The notes under the pieces are model-generated. The model ran no database searches. It was not told where the DNA came from and worked only from the letters and a program-made list of their open reading frames with translations. DNA of 64,000 bases from Entomortierella parvispora E1425 (taxonomy: Eukaryota; Fungi; Mortierellomycota), in assembly GCA_020891255.1 (NCBI GenBank), contig BQFW01000006.1, positions 2,294,001-2,358,000 on the forward strand. The letters run 5' to 3'. Made by a program: the position numbers and the translations under genes. The number at the start of each line of letters is the position of its first letter. The first letter of the stretch is position 1. Below are positions 49,750-62,989 of this stretch, piece by piece.

Positions 49750-52555
49750 ATGGCTACAGTAAGGCGTGCTCTCTCGTTCTCGCTGCATGAGATTTGATCT
49801 GACCAAGGACCGCGACAAACCATTGTCCTCCAATCATGACCATGGATTCTAACGCGTTTCCGATGGCGGATATGGGCTTTCTCTACTTTTTTTTTTTGCT
49901 ACTCTCGTCTTTCTAGAATACAGAGAGCAATGTGGATCAGATGATGCGCTCATTTCAGGAGCCGGATTCGATTCTGGAACCCAACATTCTGGACACCATC
50001 AGTGCATTCATCAAAGAGGGCGGCAAGCCACTAATGCTCGTTAATGCACTTTCGAGCAGCTATGTGGGCATGCCAGAGATGTGCAACCTCATGTCGGGAT
50101 GGGCACGCGACTTCGATATCGACCCTGTTGATGTCATGCAGGAAGTTCTGAAGGAGCAGCTCATGGACCGATTTGATCCTGAGAGCGTCGATAGTAAATT
50201 CATGGCTGGATCGGTAAGGAGAGCGTCCCACTACTGCCTCCATATCTCAGAAATACTTTCGGCGGATAGGTCTAACCCTTCCACCGTGATTGCAACAACT
50301 CTAGGGAACACCGGACTGGCTGTTGGTCATGATTCAACATCCATTCTGGAGATCTGTCATCTATGAGCTTTCAGAAAAGCATCAAAAGTGCGCCCTTCTC
50401 AACTTTGCGATTCAGGTAGACAATCGCCATCAGATGATGTATCTTGAGATCTCACATGGCACAACCCCTCTGAACGTCTCGCTTCTTTGCTCTCCTTTAT
50501 GTTGTCGCTAATAGCGTATCTCGGATGCCGGATACCAGGGAGAAATTGCAAGTGTGGCAACAGCATCAACGTTTGTGAACGTATTCTCAGGAGTACTAGT
50601 CGACTCTCTGGATAAGTTGCGGGAAGAGGACGACGTTGGACTGTTGGATAGGCTTCCGGATTTGCTGGTGAGTTCACTTGAACTTGTTTTCGCCTGCTGA
50701 GAAGAGAAGCAATACTGACACTGTTCATCTTGTTCTGACTGCAACCCTTTGCAGAAAGTATGCTGTCAAAGTGAACACACCTATCTCTACACGCAAGTCT
50801 TGCTATTCCGACTTATGAAGACAGACAGAGGACTTCCATTGAAGCGGATATCCAAGGAGCTGGAATCCGGCGTGCTTGAAAAACACAACAAGTAATGAGG
50901 AAAACAGATGGCTTTTCTTGGTCCATTCATTCAGAGACAACTTTACTCACCCATTTCTCTCTGGATTCCTCTAGACCACCACTTATTTCTATCTTACGAA
51001 TGCTGCTTGCAGGGGCGTCTTCAAATGTGGCCAGTGCAATCTCTGCCATCCTACAATCAAGAGTGCCTTCTCCAGGAGACGTCATGCAGGTAAGGATGCT
51101 ATATTCGTTAGACCAATACCTCATGCCTGGCTTTGTTTTTCTCTACTAACTAGACCATCCACGTTTTCAATCGCAATTTCAACTTTTAGCTTCATAGAGC
51201 TTACACGAGTCCGGATCCACCTTCTACATACTTTTTACGGGATCCAGACTTTTTTGGTATGGTTGCTTTCCATGAACATGGACAGATATGAATGACAAAA
51301 CGCCAAATCTGACCACTGTTGCTCTCCATTACCTAGAAATTATGTTGTCGTCGATCTTTGTACCAAGTTTCAAGGGAGGAGTAGTCAGACAAGAACACAA
51401 GGACAAATATCTATGGCTTGTGGCCTACGCTGCCAGCGTGCATGAGGAAGACGACAAAGTAACGGACACATCAGAAGTGGAACCAACATACCAAGCCTTG
51501 CGTGCTCTTGAGGATACTCTCTCAAAACGTGCTGCAGGAACAGACGTGACTCCTATCCTGGGTAACCTTTTACGCGCCATTGAGTACGTTTGACCTCCTC
51601 ATCTTTCCTGGCTTGTGATTTAGTCACTGAAAGAAAGATGTCTGACCACGCTCTTTGATATTTCTTGAAATTATTAGAACCCCAGTGGCTTCGATGGCAC
51701 TTCTTTACTGGATTCAGTTTGTCATCACGGAAACAAGCTATATTGAGACGTACTTCAGAACACACGAGGTCCCTGTACCTTTGCTTCTGATTGAAGAGGT
51801 AAATCTAGGAAGCTAGAGATGACTGTTGTGGGAACCCATGGCATGTTTGACCGACTGGACCCGTCCACTCAACCTTTTGACTCTCTTTCAATTTGATTTA
51901 TTAGATGGCCTACAAGCACCCCCTGCAACAAACGGCCATCTTTGCGACCCTGGTCGACTTTTTCGAAGCTCCGTTGGAGCTGAATCCTGAAATTATGGTA
52001 GGAAATAGCTGAATAGAATCGGCGTGTATTATGGATTCAGCAAACTTACATGCACTACTTGTGGGACCCTAGATGACATACCGCAAATCGATCTTGGACA
52101 GGATGATCTATTTGATGCAGCTGAATTATGTCATACCTGTCCTGGATTACATTTGCAGTCGGGCACGCAAGATTGATCAATCACTCTCGATGCACTTTGT
52201 CAAAAAGGTGCTGGAGATGACCAAAGGACCCTATTCTCGGAAATTCATCGAGGGTATGGGCGAGATGATTAGCGAGATTGTGGAGGTGGTCAAGAAGACT
52301 GACGCGGAGCCTGTGGTGCGAGGATGGATCGGTAAGTCAAATCCCGGTGCCTTGGGTTCCTACTTCTTTTCTTTCAGGTTTTTTTTTCTTTTTTTTAAAT
52401 CCTATTTTACTTTTGAAATAGACGATGTCGTGACCCAGCCAGTGGATATCGAAATGCAGGACACGACTGATGCCTCAGGGTCACTCCTGTCCGCGGATGT
52501 CGGGATGAGCACGATCTACGATGTCAAACGTCGCCTTGAAGAACCTCGCAGATGA
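49750..52555 (+). CDS. NELFCD: Negative elongation factor C/D (TH1-like), ~12 exons
   Basis: DSILEPNILDTI..F..GGKP, FDPESVD, TPDWLLVMIQHPFWRSVIYELSE.H..C.LLNF, ISDAGYQGEIASV, YTSPDPPST..LR.P.F, RKSILDRMIYL...YVIPVLDYI, GPYS: these motifs follow human NELF-C/D in order along its length (recalled alignment). Confidence 0.88.
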
Positions 52556-53211
52556 AGAGTCGCTAGGAAGATAATAAAGGAAACAACAACCCAATGTGCT
52601 AGTTTGTGTCATGGAGAGAGAGGACTCTGGCTACAGGGCTCAAGGACGCAGATGGTGTAGTGTAGAATGATGCGAAAGGGAACTCGGTTGTTAGCTGCTC
52701 CTTCAGGGTTGTGGCAGAAGAATGGTCAAGGATCATCACATTTCAGGCCCCTGAACTTTCTTGCCTGTTGACCTCTTGTGGAACACCCAAAGAGAACCTC
52801 GTCTGACCGATGCTTGCCCCTTCTACCCTCATTCATTTCCCTCCCAATATCCAGAGCCCTTTGCAAAAGAGCCCCTTCATTTGAAGGCCATGGCCAACAA
52901 AACATCGCACAGATTTTTGTTCAATCGAAGCAGAGGTTTATGTACAAGGACAGCTATGAACAAAGCACAAATCAGAAGCAGACAAAAGAAAGCAGCTAGG
53001 GTACAAGGTACAGCATTGAAGAAAAAAGTAAACTAGGAAAAACTAGACGCGTATGCAAACGAGCAAAGGAAAAAAAAAGAGTAAAAGGAAAGCAATGAAA
53101 AAGAGACTTTGCGAAACGGGAAAGGGAATATGAAGGAAAGAGAGAGAAAGAGAGAAAGAGAGAGAGAGGAGAGAGCATCTTTCTGTCCATTTCTTTTTAA
53201 ACCCTCGTTGT

Positions 53212-54735
53212 CTATGCATGGCCAAGGTAGTCGGCATCAGAGTAGGCGACCAAGAAGGGGGTGAAGGCGGACATGGCCTTGTTCTTGTCTTCTTTGGCTT
53301 GCTTGTTGGTATGGCGATGGATTCGCACATGTTGGTTCAGGTTGTCGGATCGTGAGAACCGCTTGGAGCAATCTTCCTTTGGGCACGCAAAGGGCTTCTC
53401 TTGCGTGTGAATGGATCGGACGTGGCGCTTCAGGTGCTCGGATCGCTTGAAGATCTTGCCACACTCCTCGTGTTCGCACGTAAAGACCTTGCCGCCAGCT
53501 GCTGCCAGCGAGTTCATGTCCAATTGACTCGAGACCCGGCGACCACGCGAGCGCTTGGGCGAAGAGGAAGAGCTGGTGGAGGTAGAAGACAACTCACCGT
53601 TCTCACGCTTGATGATCTTGTTCAAGGACGAAGCTGAGGAACTTGAAGAAAGAGAGTGGGTGGATGAGGAAGAAGTTCGCAATGGGTGGATCATTTCCAT
53701 GGATCCGTAATCCTCGTCCATGCTGAGACCATGGTAAGCTGGCGAAGAAACCGAGTGGTGGTGACCATGGCTGTGGTGGTGATGATGGCTCAAGGACATT
53801 GAAGGCTGGCTCAGCGTCCGGGACAAGTCGCAGGTGGCAGCGCTGTGACCTTGAGTAAAGGGCGATCTTGGTGACATGGACGCCAATGAAGAAGCCGATG
53901 AAGACGAGCAAGAGACCTCGGACATGTTGGAGATGGACGAGTTGGAGTAGCTGTGGGTGGGTCGGAAGTGCTGGAGCTGCTGCTGTTGCATCGCGACCTG
54001 GGACGCGTACAAGGCTGGTGATTCTGCGGATGTGGTCGAGACACCCCCCATGGAAGCCTCACAGATTTCTGAGAGTTCGCTGCCGGACAAGGACCGAGCC
54101 ATGGCTGCGAGCATGTATCCCGTCGAGGACGCAATGTGGTCGTTGGTCGAGAACTCGCTCTTCACGTGCTGAGAAGACTGCGTCAGCGTCGGGGAGCCCA
54201 TCACGTACTCGGTGCCGGCATGGATCTGCTGGATATGGTGGTGTTGAGCGAGGATGTGTTGCTGGATCATCTGCTGCTGTTGCTGTGGTGGGTGGTAGTC
54301 GACCATCGTGGACTCGCAGTCAAACATCATGTTATTCTGATTACCAGAGCCAGGCAGATCCATGAACATGGATGGGGGGGATGCTGCGTGATCACCCAAG
54401 ATAGCCAATTGATGGTTTTGATCCATATCCTGCGAAGAGCCCAGAACTTCCGCAAAGGACGAAGCTTGAAAGTGTTGGATCATAGGGGCGGTATGCGATC
54501 GAGAGGATGGAGGCGAAGGGCTTGGTGAAGAAGAGTCGGTGTTGTCCATCTGCTGAGACTGGAGGAGTTGTTGGTGATAGATCTGCTGCTGCTGCTGCAT
54601 GTGCTGTTGTTGAAGCTGAAGCTGGTGAAATTGATGGGCGCGCTGCTTCTGGTTGTGCTGGATCGCATAGAGCTGCTGTTGTTGTTGAGCAGCTGTGGTC
54701 GAGGATGAAGGTGTTGCGAGTGTCAAAGCAGTCAT
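53212..54735 (-). CDS. C2H2 zinc-finger transcription factor, Msn2/Seb1-like, with polyQ and His tracts (507 aa, intronless)
   Basis: [56 protein letters not shown]; the recognition helices (EHLKRH, RSDNL) are STRE-binder-like. Confidence 0.88.
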   Translation of the reverse strand: MTALTLATPSSSTTAAQQQQQLYAIQHNQKQRAHQFHQLQLQQQHMQQQQQIYHQQLLQSQQMDNTDSSSPSPSPPSSRSHTAPMIQHFQASSFAEVLGSSQDMDQNHQLAILGDHAASPPSMFMDLPGSGNQNNMMFDCESTMVDYHPPQQQQQMIQQHILAQHHHIQQIHAGTEYVMGSPTLTQSSQHVKSEFSTNDHIASSTGYMLAAMARSLSGSELSEICEASMGGVSTTSAESPALYASQVAMQQQQLQHFRPTHSYSNSSISNMSEVSCSSSSASSLASMSPRSPFTQGHSAATCDLSRTLSQPSMSLSHHHHHSHGHHHSVSSPAYHGLSMDEDYGSMEMIHPLRTSSSSTHSLSSSSSASSLNKIIKRENGELSSTSTSSSSSPKRSRGRRVSSQLDMNSLAAAGGKVFTCEHEECGKIFKRSEHLKRHVRSIHTQEKPFACPKEDCSKRFSRSDNLNQHVRIHRHTNKQAKEDKNKAMSAFTPFLVAYSDADYLGHA

Positions 54736-57700
54736 TATGAAAAAGAGAAGAAAAAAATCGAAAGAGATCTGACTGAGATTTAGACGAGGGCGGGGGGAAG
54801 AATAGGGGCGACAATCAATAAAAAAGCCAAGTAGACAGGATCTTCAGGGATGGTAGTTGGCTGACAGTTGCAAAAAGGTAGGGGGGGGGGGGTTGCACTG
54901 AGGTGTGTAAGTATCGATGAGATGTAGTATGAACAGGAAGACGAAGCGAGAAGGGTGGAGGAAGAAAAAAAAAGAGGGGCGAAAATAGGGATGTCGACGT
55001 TCCTTTTGTACTCGAAGGGATGCAACAATGGCCGAGGCAGAACTATTTGCGATCGTACTGTCACAGCGAATGACAGACGAACAAGGTACGAATGATACAA
55101 TTGAAGGCAGTAGACAAGCAGCGCGAAGCTGGGATGTGTTGGCATTGGGCAGCGGACAGAAGGAAGCTTGGACCATGCCTGATTGAGTATTCTAAAACAA
55201 TTCAATCGGCAATACGAAGGAGGTGAGTATTCAATGGTACAACAACGACAGCGCTTTGTTATTTTTACATTCTAAATAGGTCATCCACCCCATTCATTCG
55301 CCGTGTATTCACTCCTGTCCTGTTCATCTCAATTGCAATAGTGCCGGTGGTGCGCAAGTCCCCTCGCAACACTAATGAACGCTGGGAACACAAACAACTC
55401 GGCAAAAAAAAACAATGGTCGTCCTTCGGCACACAAACACAACAAAAACAAAAAACACAACTCATCATGGCCAGGCCCAAGCATTCCAGCGCACCTAAAC
55501 TCTTCAGATTACTCCCACAGCCTGGTCGCCGTCCGATTTTCAGACGAAGAAGGGGGGAGGTGTCTTCTGTGTCTTGTTCCTCCACAGAACTGACAAAAAT
55601 AATCCGCGCGAAAAGAGTCTTGTGTCCCCGTCGCTGACCTCTGGCTGTGGTCCCGCCTTCTCGAAAAGGGTATATTTGGACGAGGACAGACATAACCAGT
55701 GGCAGAAACAGAAAAAAATGCACTGTCTTCAAACCCGATTCCCGTGGGACTAGAGGAACTGGAAGGTTGTCGTCAATCCAGGGCGAGGCAACTTGAGGCT
55801 GCGGGCTCAGCAGGATGCAGAGGACGTCGTGAACAGATGCCAAACGCAAGCGCTAGGGATGACATGCTGCGATCGGCGGCCAGTCTTCGCAGTCCATCGT
55901 CGCGACGTTCCTGGGCTTACTCATCGGCTGCTCATCTGCTCATGTCCACCGCAGTCCAAGCCAAGAGAATTGTCGCAGCCCAAAAGGAATCACACTTTTG
56001 GCGGGCCCGCGACTGGCGCGGTGTGTCGTTGATCCGTCTCTTGCTGCAAGCGGAACCCCCCCCCTTGAATGTTGGATAATGAACATACGTTCCCCCTCGC
56101 ATCACCTCTGCTAGCAACCCCTTCGTTTTTTTCCTGCTGCTTTTTTCAGACGTGTTCCAGCTGGAACAACAGACGTCAGTAGAGGAAGGGTGTTTCTACT
56201 CTGCAACTGCATAGAAAAGTCCCTCATGTATTGTTCATCTCTGTCTCATCTACCACCACATCACCAAGGAGACGGTGGTCAACAAAGTGGTCACTGATTC
56301 AAATGTCAAAACCCGAGGGACACTTTTCCACTTCCCTATCAACAAGGACCGAACCTCACCAAGCCCATGTTCAAGTTGAAAGGGGTAAAAAGCAAGCTTG
56401 ATGCGCTCAAGCCATTCGCTTGATAGTTCAATCTTGTCAAAAAAATAAAAAGGATTGATTGTTTTATTGGTTTTTTCATTTTTTTTTTTTTGGGAGCAAG
56501 ATCTGATGTGGAGCGAGAAAGGTAAATAAATAAAACACGATTCGACAACCAGGTCGAAACGCACACGGGCAAAAGAAAAAAAAGGGGAGGGGGCGGGGGC
56601 GAAGGCCCATGGGTTCCTTGGGTGCGAGCGTACGATGTGTTCTGTCGAGAAAAGACGTCGTCCCCCACACAGGCGCGACCCCGTGGGCTCCTTTGGATTG
56701 TCAGCACGACCTGCTTTTATAGGGAAACAGACATGAATAAACATAGGGGGCAAGACTCTCAAGAGAGTAGCGCAAAGTTGTAGCTTTACAACTTTTCTGC
56801 CCACGGACTCTGCCTCGCGATGAATCGCGATGGATCGTCCTCGGAGTGCCCGGATCTTCGTCAATGTTGTCGCGACCACATTTTAATATACCTCTTTTCA
56901 GTCGTCATCCCCCCTCTCACAATCTCTAGCTTCTGTGTATCCCTGGTCAGACAATTGCATGTGGCATGGAGGACAGCAGGAATCCTGCCCTGATAGTAAT
57001 GGATGATGAAAGATTAAAGCACCTTTTTTTTTTTGGAAAGGAATATCGATTTTGAAGATGAAACGTTCGAAAGATTGAGCTAATGGACCCTTTGGGCCCT
57101 GAACATACCTTTCTGTCATTTGATCTGAAATGCTTTCCCACACTGGCGGTCGACTGTAAATTAAGGACGAGCCTCGAGTGGACTGTGGGAGAAAAGTAAG
57201 AGAAAAAAGAAGGAAAAAAAGCAGCATGCAGAACGCGGTCCGGGGTTGAAACAGTCGTGTGATGGGCGCGCACTGATTGGCTGGGGGAGGGAGTTTCCGC
57301 TTACCTGAAATTGCGACGCGTTCATGCGGGCCAGATCCAAGTTCTCTATTTGCATGGGCAATGGAAGGGAAGAAAGTACCCTCGATGCCAGCTGCGTTTA
57401 GACAATGATTCAACTCTGCCCAGATGACCCACATCCATTGGATTCGGGTGAACTCATAGGCCTTGAAGACCGAGTGAGAATCGTTCTCCATTGTCCTCGA
57501 ATCCCAACTGGAACAAATTCTACGCACCTTCTCGTTGCTGTTGTGCCCTGCCCTTCGTTCCATACCCAGCAACCGGATCATGATTGAAAAACACGTTGGG
57601 ACACCGGTTCGGACAGTCATCTATTTTTTGATTCCATATATTCGTCTTGTTTTTTTTCTTTTTTCCTCGCATCGATGGCACATTGGTTCTTCCTCTCTGC

Positions 57701-60700
57701 GCTATTGAGCCGTCTGTTCCTGCTCTCTCTCATCTGACTCCCTCCCTCTCAGTGTGTTTGGGTGTTCTCACAACGGTCTCTCTTTTTTTTCTTTGCCCAC
57801 ACCTACACCGTTTGTGGGTTGGTTAGCTCGTTCTTTCGCTCATCGTTAGTGTGTTCCTTTGTTCTTCCACAACCCTTGGATCTTTGGAACGGAACTAAAC
57901 AATCAACAAAAGTTTGCTTTGACTTGATCCTGCACGTCTTTTTTTTTCTCGCAAACATTCAAGCATTTGTTGAGAAACAAAGGTGTGGCAGTAGCAGGAG
58001 CAAAAAAAACACCAGAGATTATAACGCAAACATTCAATTCTTGGAGTAGCGTTGTCCACCTCGAATGGTAGTTTTTTTTTTTTTACCTGCTGTGACCATT
58101 TCATGTTCTCAGAGGGACAGAGGGACGAAAGACATCAAACCTGGGTGGTTTGGAACGGCATTCATATCCCCTTTCCTTGCCTCTCTTGCAACGTCTTTTT
58201 TCTCTTGAAATGTATATAAGGAACAGCGAGAAGACGAGGGTGATTCCGATTGACACCAGATGTATCCCTGAACTATCTTGAGGGTCATCCAAGTCATTTT
58301 GAACTGCGGGAAGCCCGAAATTTCGGATCAAGGAAAGAACCAACCGCTGAACCTTCAGGGTACCCTGATGTTCTTTTTTTTTTAACTTCGGAATGGTAGC
58401 AACAGGGTGAAATACTCCATAGCAGACGATTACGTTCCATCCTTTACATCCCAAAGTGCCTTCTTAGGAAAAGGATCCATTCGACCTTAAAGAGAGTTCT
58501 GGCACCCCCTTCCTTCGTGTCTGATTTACGACTGACCTATCATGATTCATCGACCTGGATCTGATAATATTCGTCAAGTACAATTGGATGGAAGAAATGG
58601 ATAGACCACTCACTCTTCCCCTGTGTAAACACGGACCACAATATGAGCAAAAAGGGTCGCTTGAGAACTGGCCCAATACAGCTCAAGCCCCAGGGTGTGT
58701 TGGGCCTGATAACACAAGACTTGGGTGCCACCATGCATGCACGCCAAAGAAGAGGGCCCTCTGGGTCTATCGGGAACAGAACAGAGAACAAGAAAAGACC
58801 GAACGTGATAACTTGTCATGATGTGGCCCCTGCATTTTTTTTTTCACTCTGTAAGACTTAATCCGCTTTGCCCAAAGGCGAAGAGCATCTGGTGTGCTGT
58901 TGTTGACAAGTCCACACCAATCCCTCCCAACATGCCAGTGAGAAGGCCGACAGTGCGTTTGTGACCAGGCTGGGAAGAGGATCACACAAGAGAATAAAGA
59001 GAGAGAAAAACCACATTGGCCAATGAGCGATAGAAGCATCGAAGTTGCGTGCGTGCGCAATGCAGTTGTGTCTTTGAGACACTGGCACAATATCAATTGC
59101 TCGGCAATGCAGAGCTCTTCCTCTCCTCCCCCTTCTTTAGAATTTACTACACCATGCAGTAGTTCTGGGATCTGAACCCCCTCTTTCGTCGTTTTTAAAA
59201 CTCAAACTCCCAGGTCTGTTCCCCCCCTACGTTTCCTGTCCCTTGTGTCACCGCAATAGGACCGTAATTTGCTCTCCTTCTTGCTCAGTAGTCCATGAAT
59301 GCCATCGTTCCATTTTGACTGGCATGTCGCCAGAAACATGTGGGCGCCTGCTGCACAGTTTGTGGTGAATGTCGCACAAACAAAGATGGTCCGGGATCGA
59401 CTCTTTCTGATTCTCACGGCTCTGGTGGTCTTTTGGTCTTCCTGCGGTCGATTTGATTTCTTTTTGCTCTTTACCGGAATTACAAAATACTGCATGCTGA
59501 TGCAACACTTTTTGATGCAGCAAACTCGCACAAGGAAATTATGGGAAAGCACGACTTTGACTTGGCCGTCCCTTTGCCTCTTGCATCTGGGATGTTGATT
59601 ACTCACGCCAAAAGAATGGTGAATGGAGTGCACAATCAGACCACTCGGGATCCGATTGCTCGCTGGACTGGGCACTCTGAAGCGCTTTGGCGCAGTTTTT
59701 TTTTTTTTTCTTTTTCTTTTGGTCCTCCAAAGGGCAATCAGATCGAGACCAACAACACGAAAGAGGCACCCCTACTTTTCTAGAGTGTTAATCCTCTTCC
59801 AGGGTATCAACAAAAGAAGCTTTTAGTTGGGCTGCTGCTACTGTTGTTGTTGTTGTGGCCAAGTCGAGGGATAGTCCAAGATCGGTATCAGTGGGTGGCA
59901 TGTGCACTCGCTCTTTGTTTTTTGATCGACTTGTCGGACAATATTTTCACACACTCGAGCCAGAAAGAACCCCCAACGATAAACACAAAAAGAGTGGTGC
60001 GTATCCTCCGGAGGATGACATATGGGAAGTCCATAAGGTACTCTTCAGGTGGTCGGACAGACAGACAGCAGGAGAGACAGACGTACAAAAAACACACCAG
60101 CACCCATCCCTGAATTGCAACTTTTTTTTTTCGCGCTCTTTTTTTGGGTCCCAAGAAAAAAAAAATGTTGAGGACGCGCTCCGACGCGTTTTTTTTTCCA
60201 GTCTGTCCGTGATTAATCGATCCACCGACAACATGGACAACATGGACGGACGGACGGACCTCATTTTGTGCGCCAAAAGGGAAGAAAGAGAATCGGGCAC
60301 AACCCTGCTCATCCGATCCATTGCATGTATCCTTTTTAGGAATCCATGTAAGGGGCATGGACCAAAACAATTTTCTCTGCTGCTTCTCCCCAGCCCAAGG
60401 AGAATTCCTCGATGACTCCTCCACTCGCTTGGCCCTTCAAATTTTTTTGGATTAGACAATCGTTCCTGATGGTTTGGGTATCAGAACAAGGGATCTTCTG
60501 TCTCTTTCTTTTGTCTCTCCCCTTCTATGGTAGTCCGAATATGAGCTAAACAAGAGACGAAAGAGAGGAATATATCAGATCGAACCAATCGGCCACGTAG
60601 AAGAAAAAGAAGGTTGAGGGGGAGGGGATTGAACCGACAAGGTTGACGAGGGAAAAAAAAGTAAGACTAACAAAGTTGAGCAAAAACAGGGTCGTCCCTG

Positions 60701-62894
60701 ACGTCCCTGACGTCCCTTCAGTCCACTTGAGCCCAAGGTTGCACGGGTGTAGGGAGGACAAGAAGAATGATCATCCCAGTGTTGATGCCAAAAACAACTG
60801 TGCCAGTCGTCACGCCTAGACTTCAGCTGAACCACAGACAAATATCACGACGGACAATGAAGACAACCCCTGCAGACCTTAATATTCGCAGAGTCGCAAC
60901 CTCTTCTATGAACACTCATTTCTTGCCGTGCCTAACCTCACGAGTCATTCGCCTCTGCTTGTTGCCTTCACAAAAAAAACAAATCGACCTCTTTCATGAA
61001 CCGCCTCCATCAGACCATACAAATATGGTGACGACGCGCAGACCTCGTCCTTCTCATTTCCGAAGGCCGCCAGACGACAAGGACGGTAAAATCAATTGCT
61101 GTTGGGAGATCATTTATTGTCCAGACCACAGTCTGCACTTCTAGGCTTGGCAGAGGCTGCCAATGAAGAGACGGAAATTGGTTCATCCACCCGATCACTT
61201 TTTTCCAACGATGAACAATGAACAGTATGATTACCATCACCCTCTTCGCCTCGATAGCGAGGTAGCCTTATCAGCCCAACGTCATGAAAGCGGACATTAC
61301 TCTCAAACTGGTGACCTAGTATTTGTCAACCATTTCCACCGTGATCGGGTCCGGGATGAAGCACAAAGGCGTCATCCTCCTCCCTGCATCCAGCTCTTTT
61401 CCTTGTATCACGACAAAGAGGCGCAAGCCCATTTCCAAAGGCGCATCATAGCAAAAGAACCCTCGATCTGGCGCAGTCTAGGACTTGATGAATATGTACA
61501 TGTATGTAGACTCGCAAAGGATCTGCATTCAGTCAGCCTCTGTCATCTGAACTCCTCTCCGGGAAGGAATGATCCGCCCCTTGCCTTCTTTTCAGTTGAC
61601 GGGGCTTAGTAAATCCATCTGCACCGCGACCACGCTTGAACCCGCCCTTCTTTTTTTTTTTCAATCGTGAAAAGCGAGTCCGGATCCAGCGTGGGCTGAG
61701 TTGTAAGGCGGCGATGCGCAGCAATTCCAAAACCGCACACGATGTATGATTGGGGGTAACGCGAAGGTTTCGCGTCAATTGGTCTTGCATCGCAAACCAC
61801 AAACCAGGATCAGGATCAGGCAAACAACCCTCTCTTTGTCTTCTTCACTGATCTCTTTACTTCGAAGAGTATCCACCTCTGTAAATACAATAAGATCATT
61901 CTGACGAGTCGGTCCTGCTTGCATTGCTCGGCTCAACCCCGTCGATATCCCATGCTCTTATTCTGCGCGTGTTGTACAAATCTATGACATGCCTTTTTAA
62001 CCAACCCTTCGTCAAAATCTCTGAATAAAAACAATCTGAATCCCCCTATGGCCTATGTTTACAGTATTGCCTTTGTCAATGGCAAGAACTCTAGAAGCAC
62101 GCGATGGCTCTGCCTCTCTGAAAACAAGAATCTACTACTACAACAGCCGAGGGGGAGGCGATGGAGGGGCTAGACACGCGGTCGATGCCTGGATAATGAA
62201 GTTGGACAGAGTACGACAGGGTTGCTACAGCTCTTCTCTGCCGCGCCACACACCTGAACCAATTGCTTCTACTCAACAGCTCAAGATCAGCATTCCTAGT
62301 CGCGTATTGTATCACCCTTGCGCCTAAAGTCGATACCTTGCTTTTCTATTTCTGTGCAATCGCGATCATGTGGAGTTGAGCAACAAGGAGCAAGCTCTGA
62401 CTGTTGAACTGTACAACCACACGCAACGCTTTCGGGTCATTCTTTGTCATCGTGGTTTGTTTATTCTTGTCGCTGATGGAACTCTGTGGAAGAAAAAAAA
62501 AGGTGACTCTGCTGAGCAGGGCGAGGTAGGTTTTTTGTTGGTGCGCGCCTCCATGTTTTCACCGCTCCGTGAAGGAGACTGCTTCAGCTGGACCTTGGCT
62601 GCTCATGAGAGTCGAACAACAACCAACTTTGTTCTGTGCAACCCAAAGAGGGATTTTTTCTTCTACGAATAGCTGTAGGTTTGAGTTGGTGAGAGCACGA
62701 GAGGCTTCTTCGTTGCCACCAAGGCAAAAAAAAAAAAAAAAAAAAAAAAAAGTTCTGATAATCTTGAGGTCTCTGCCACCCGCAGCCCATTGAGTGGCCA
62801 TTTCAGGTTTGCTCGTCAACAAGTCGACGATAGGGCGAGCGAAACTATGTCCAGATGGACAGTGGAGTGCCCTGACCTCCGAGTCCGGGAAAGG

Positions 62895-62902
62895 TATAAA
62901 AG
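62895..62902 (+). promoter_or_regulatory. TATA box (TATAAAAG) of the small secreted protein gene
   Basis: Consensus TATA about 90 bp upstream of ATG 62990. Confidence 0.65.
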
Positions 62903-62989
62903 AGAGAAAAATCCTCTTCAGTACTAACCTCATCATTCGCAAAACCTTTCCATCTCCTGACACACTCTCTCGCTCTCCAAAAACGAAAC

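Noticed and set aside
54780-57000. Multiple STRE (AGGGG/CCCCT) upstream of the Msn2-like gene, suggesting autoregulation
   Set aside because: G/C homopolymer runs are abundant in all intergenic DNA here; no enrichment can be shown by eye.
61163-61609. 148-aa + strand ORF in the gene-free region (also 55699-56079, 56898-57620)
   Set aside because: No domain, codon bias or splice context; lengths are compatible with chance at ~50% GC.
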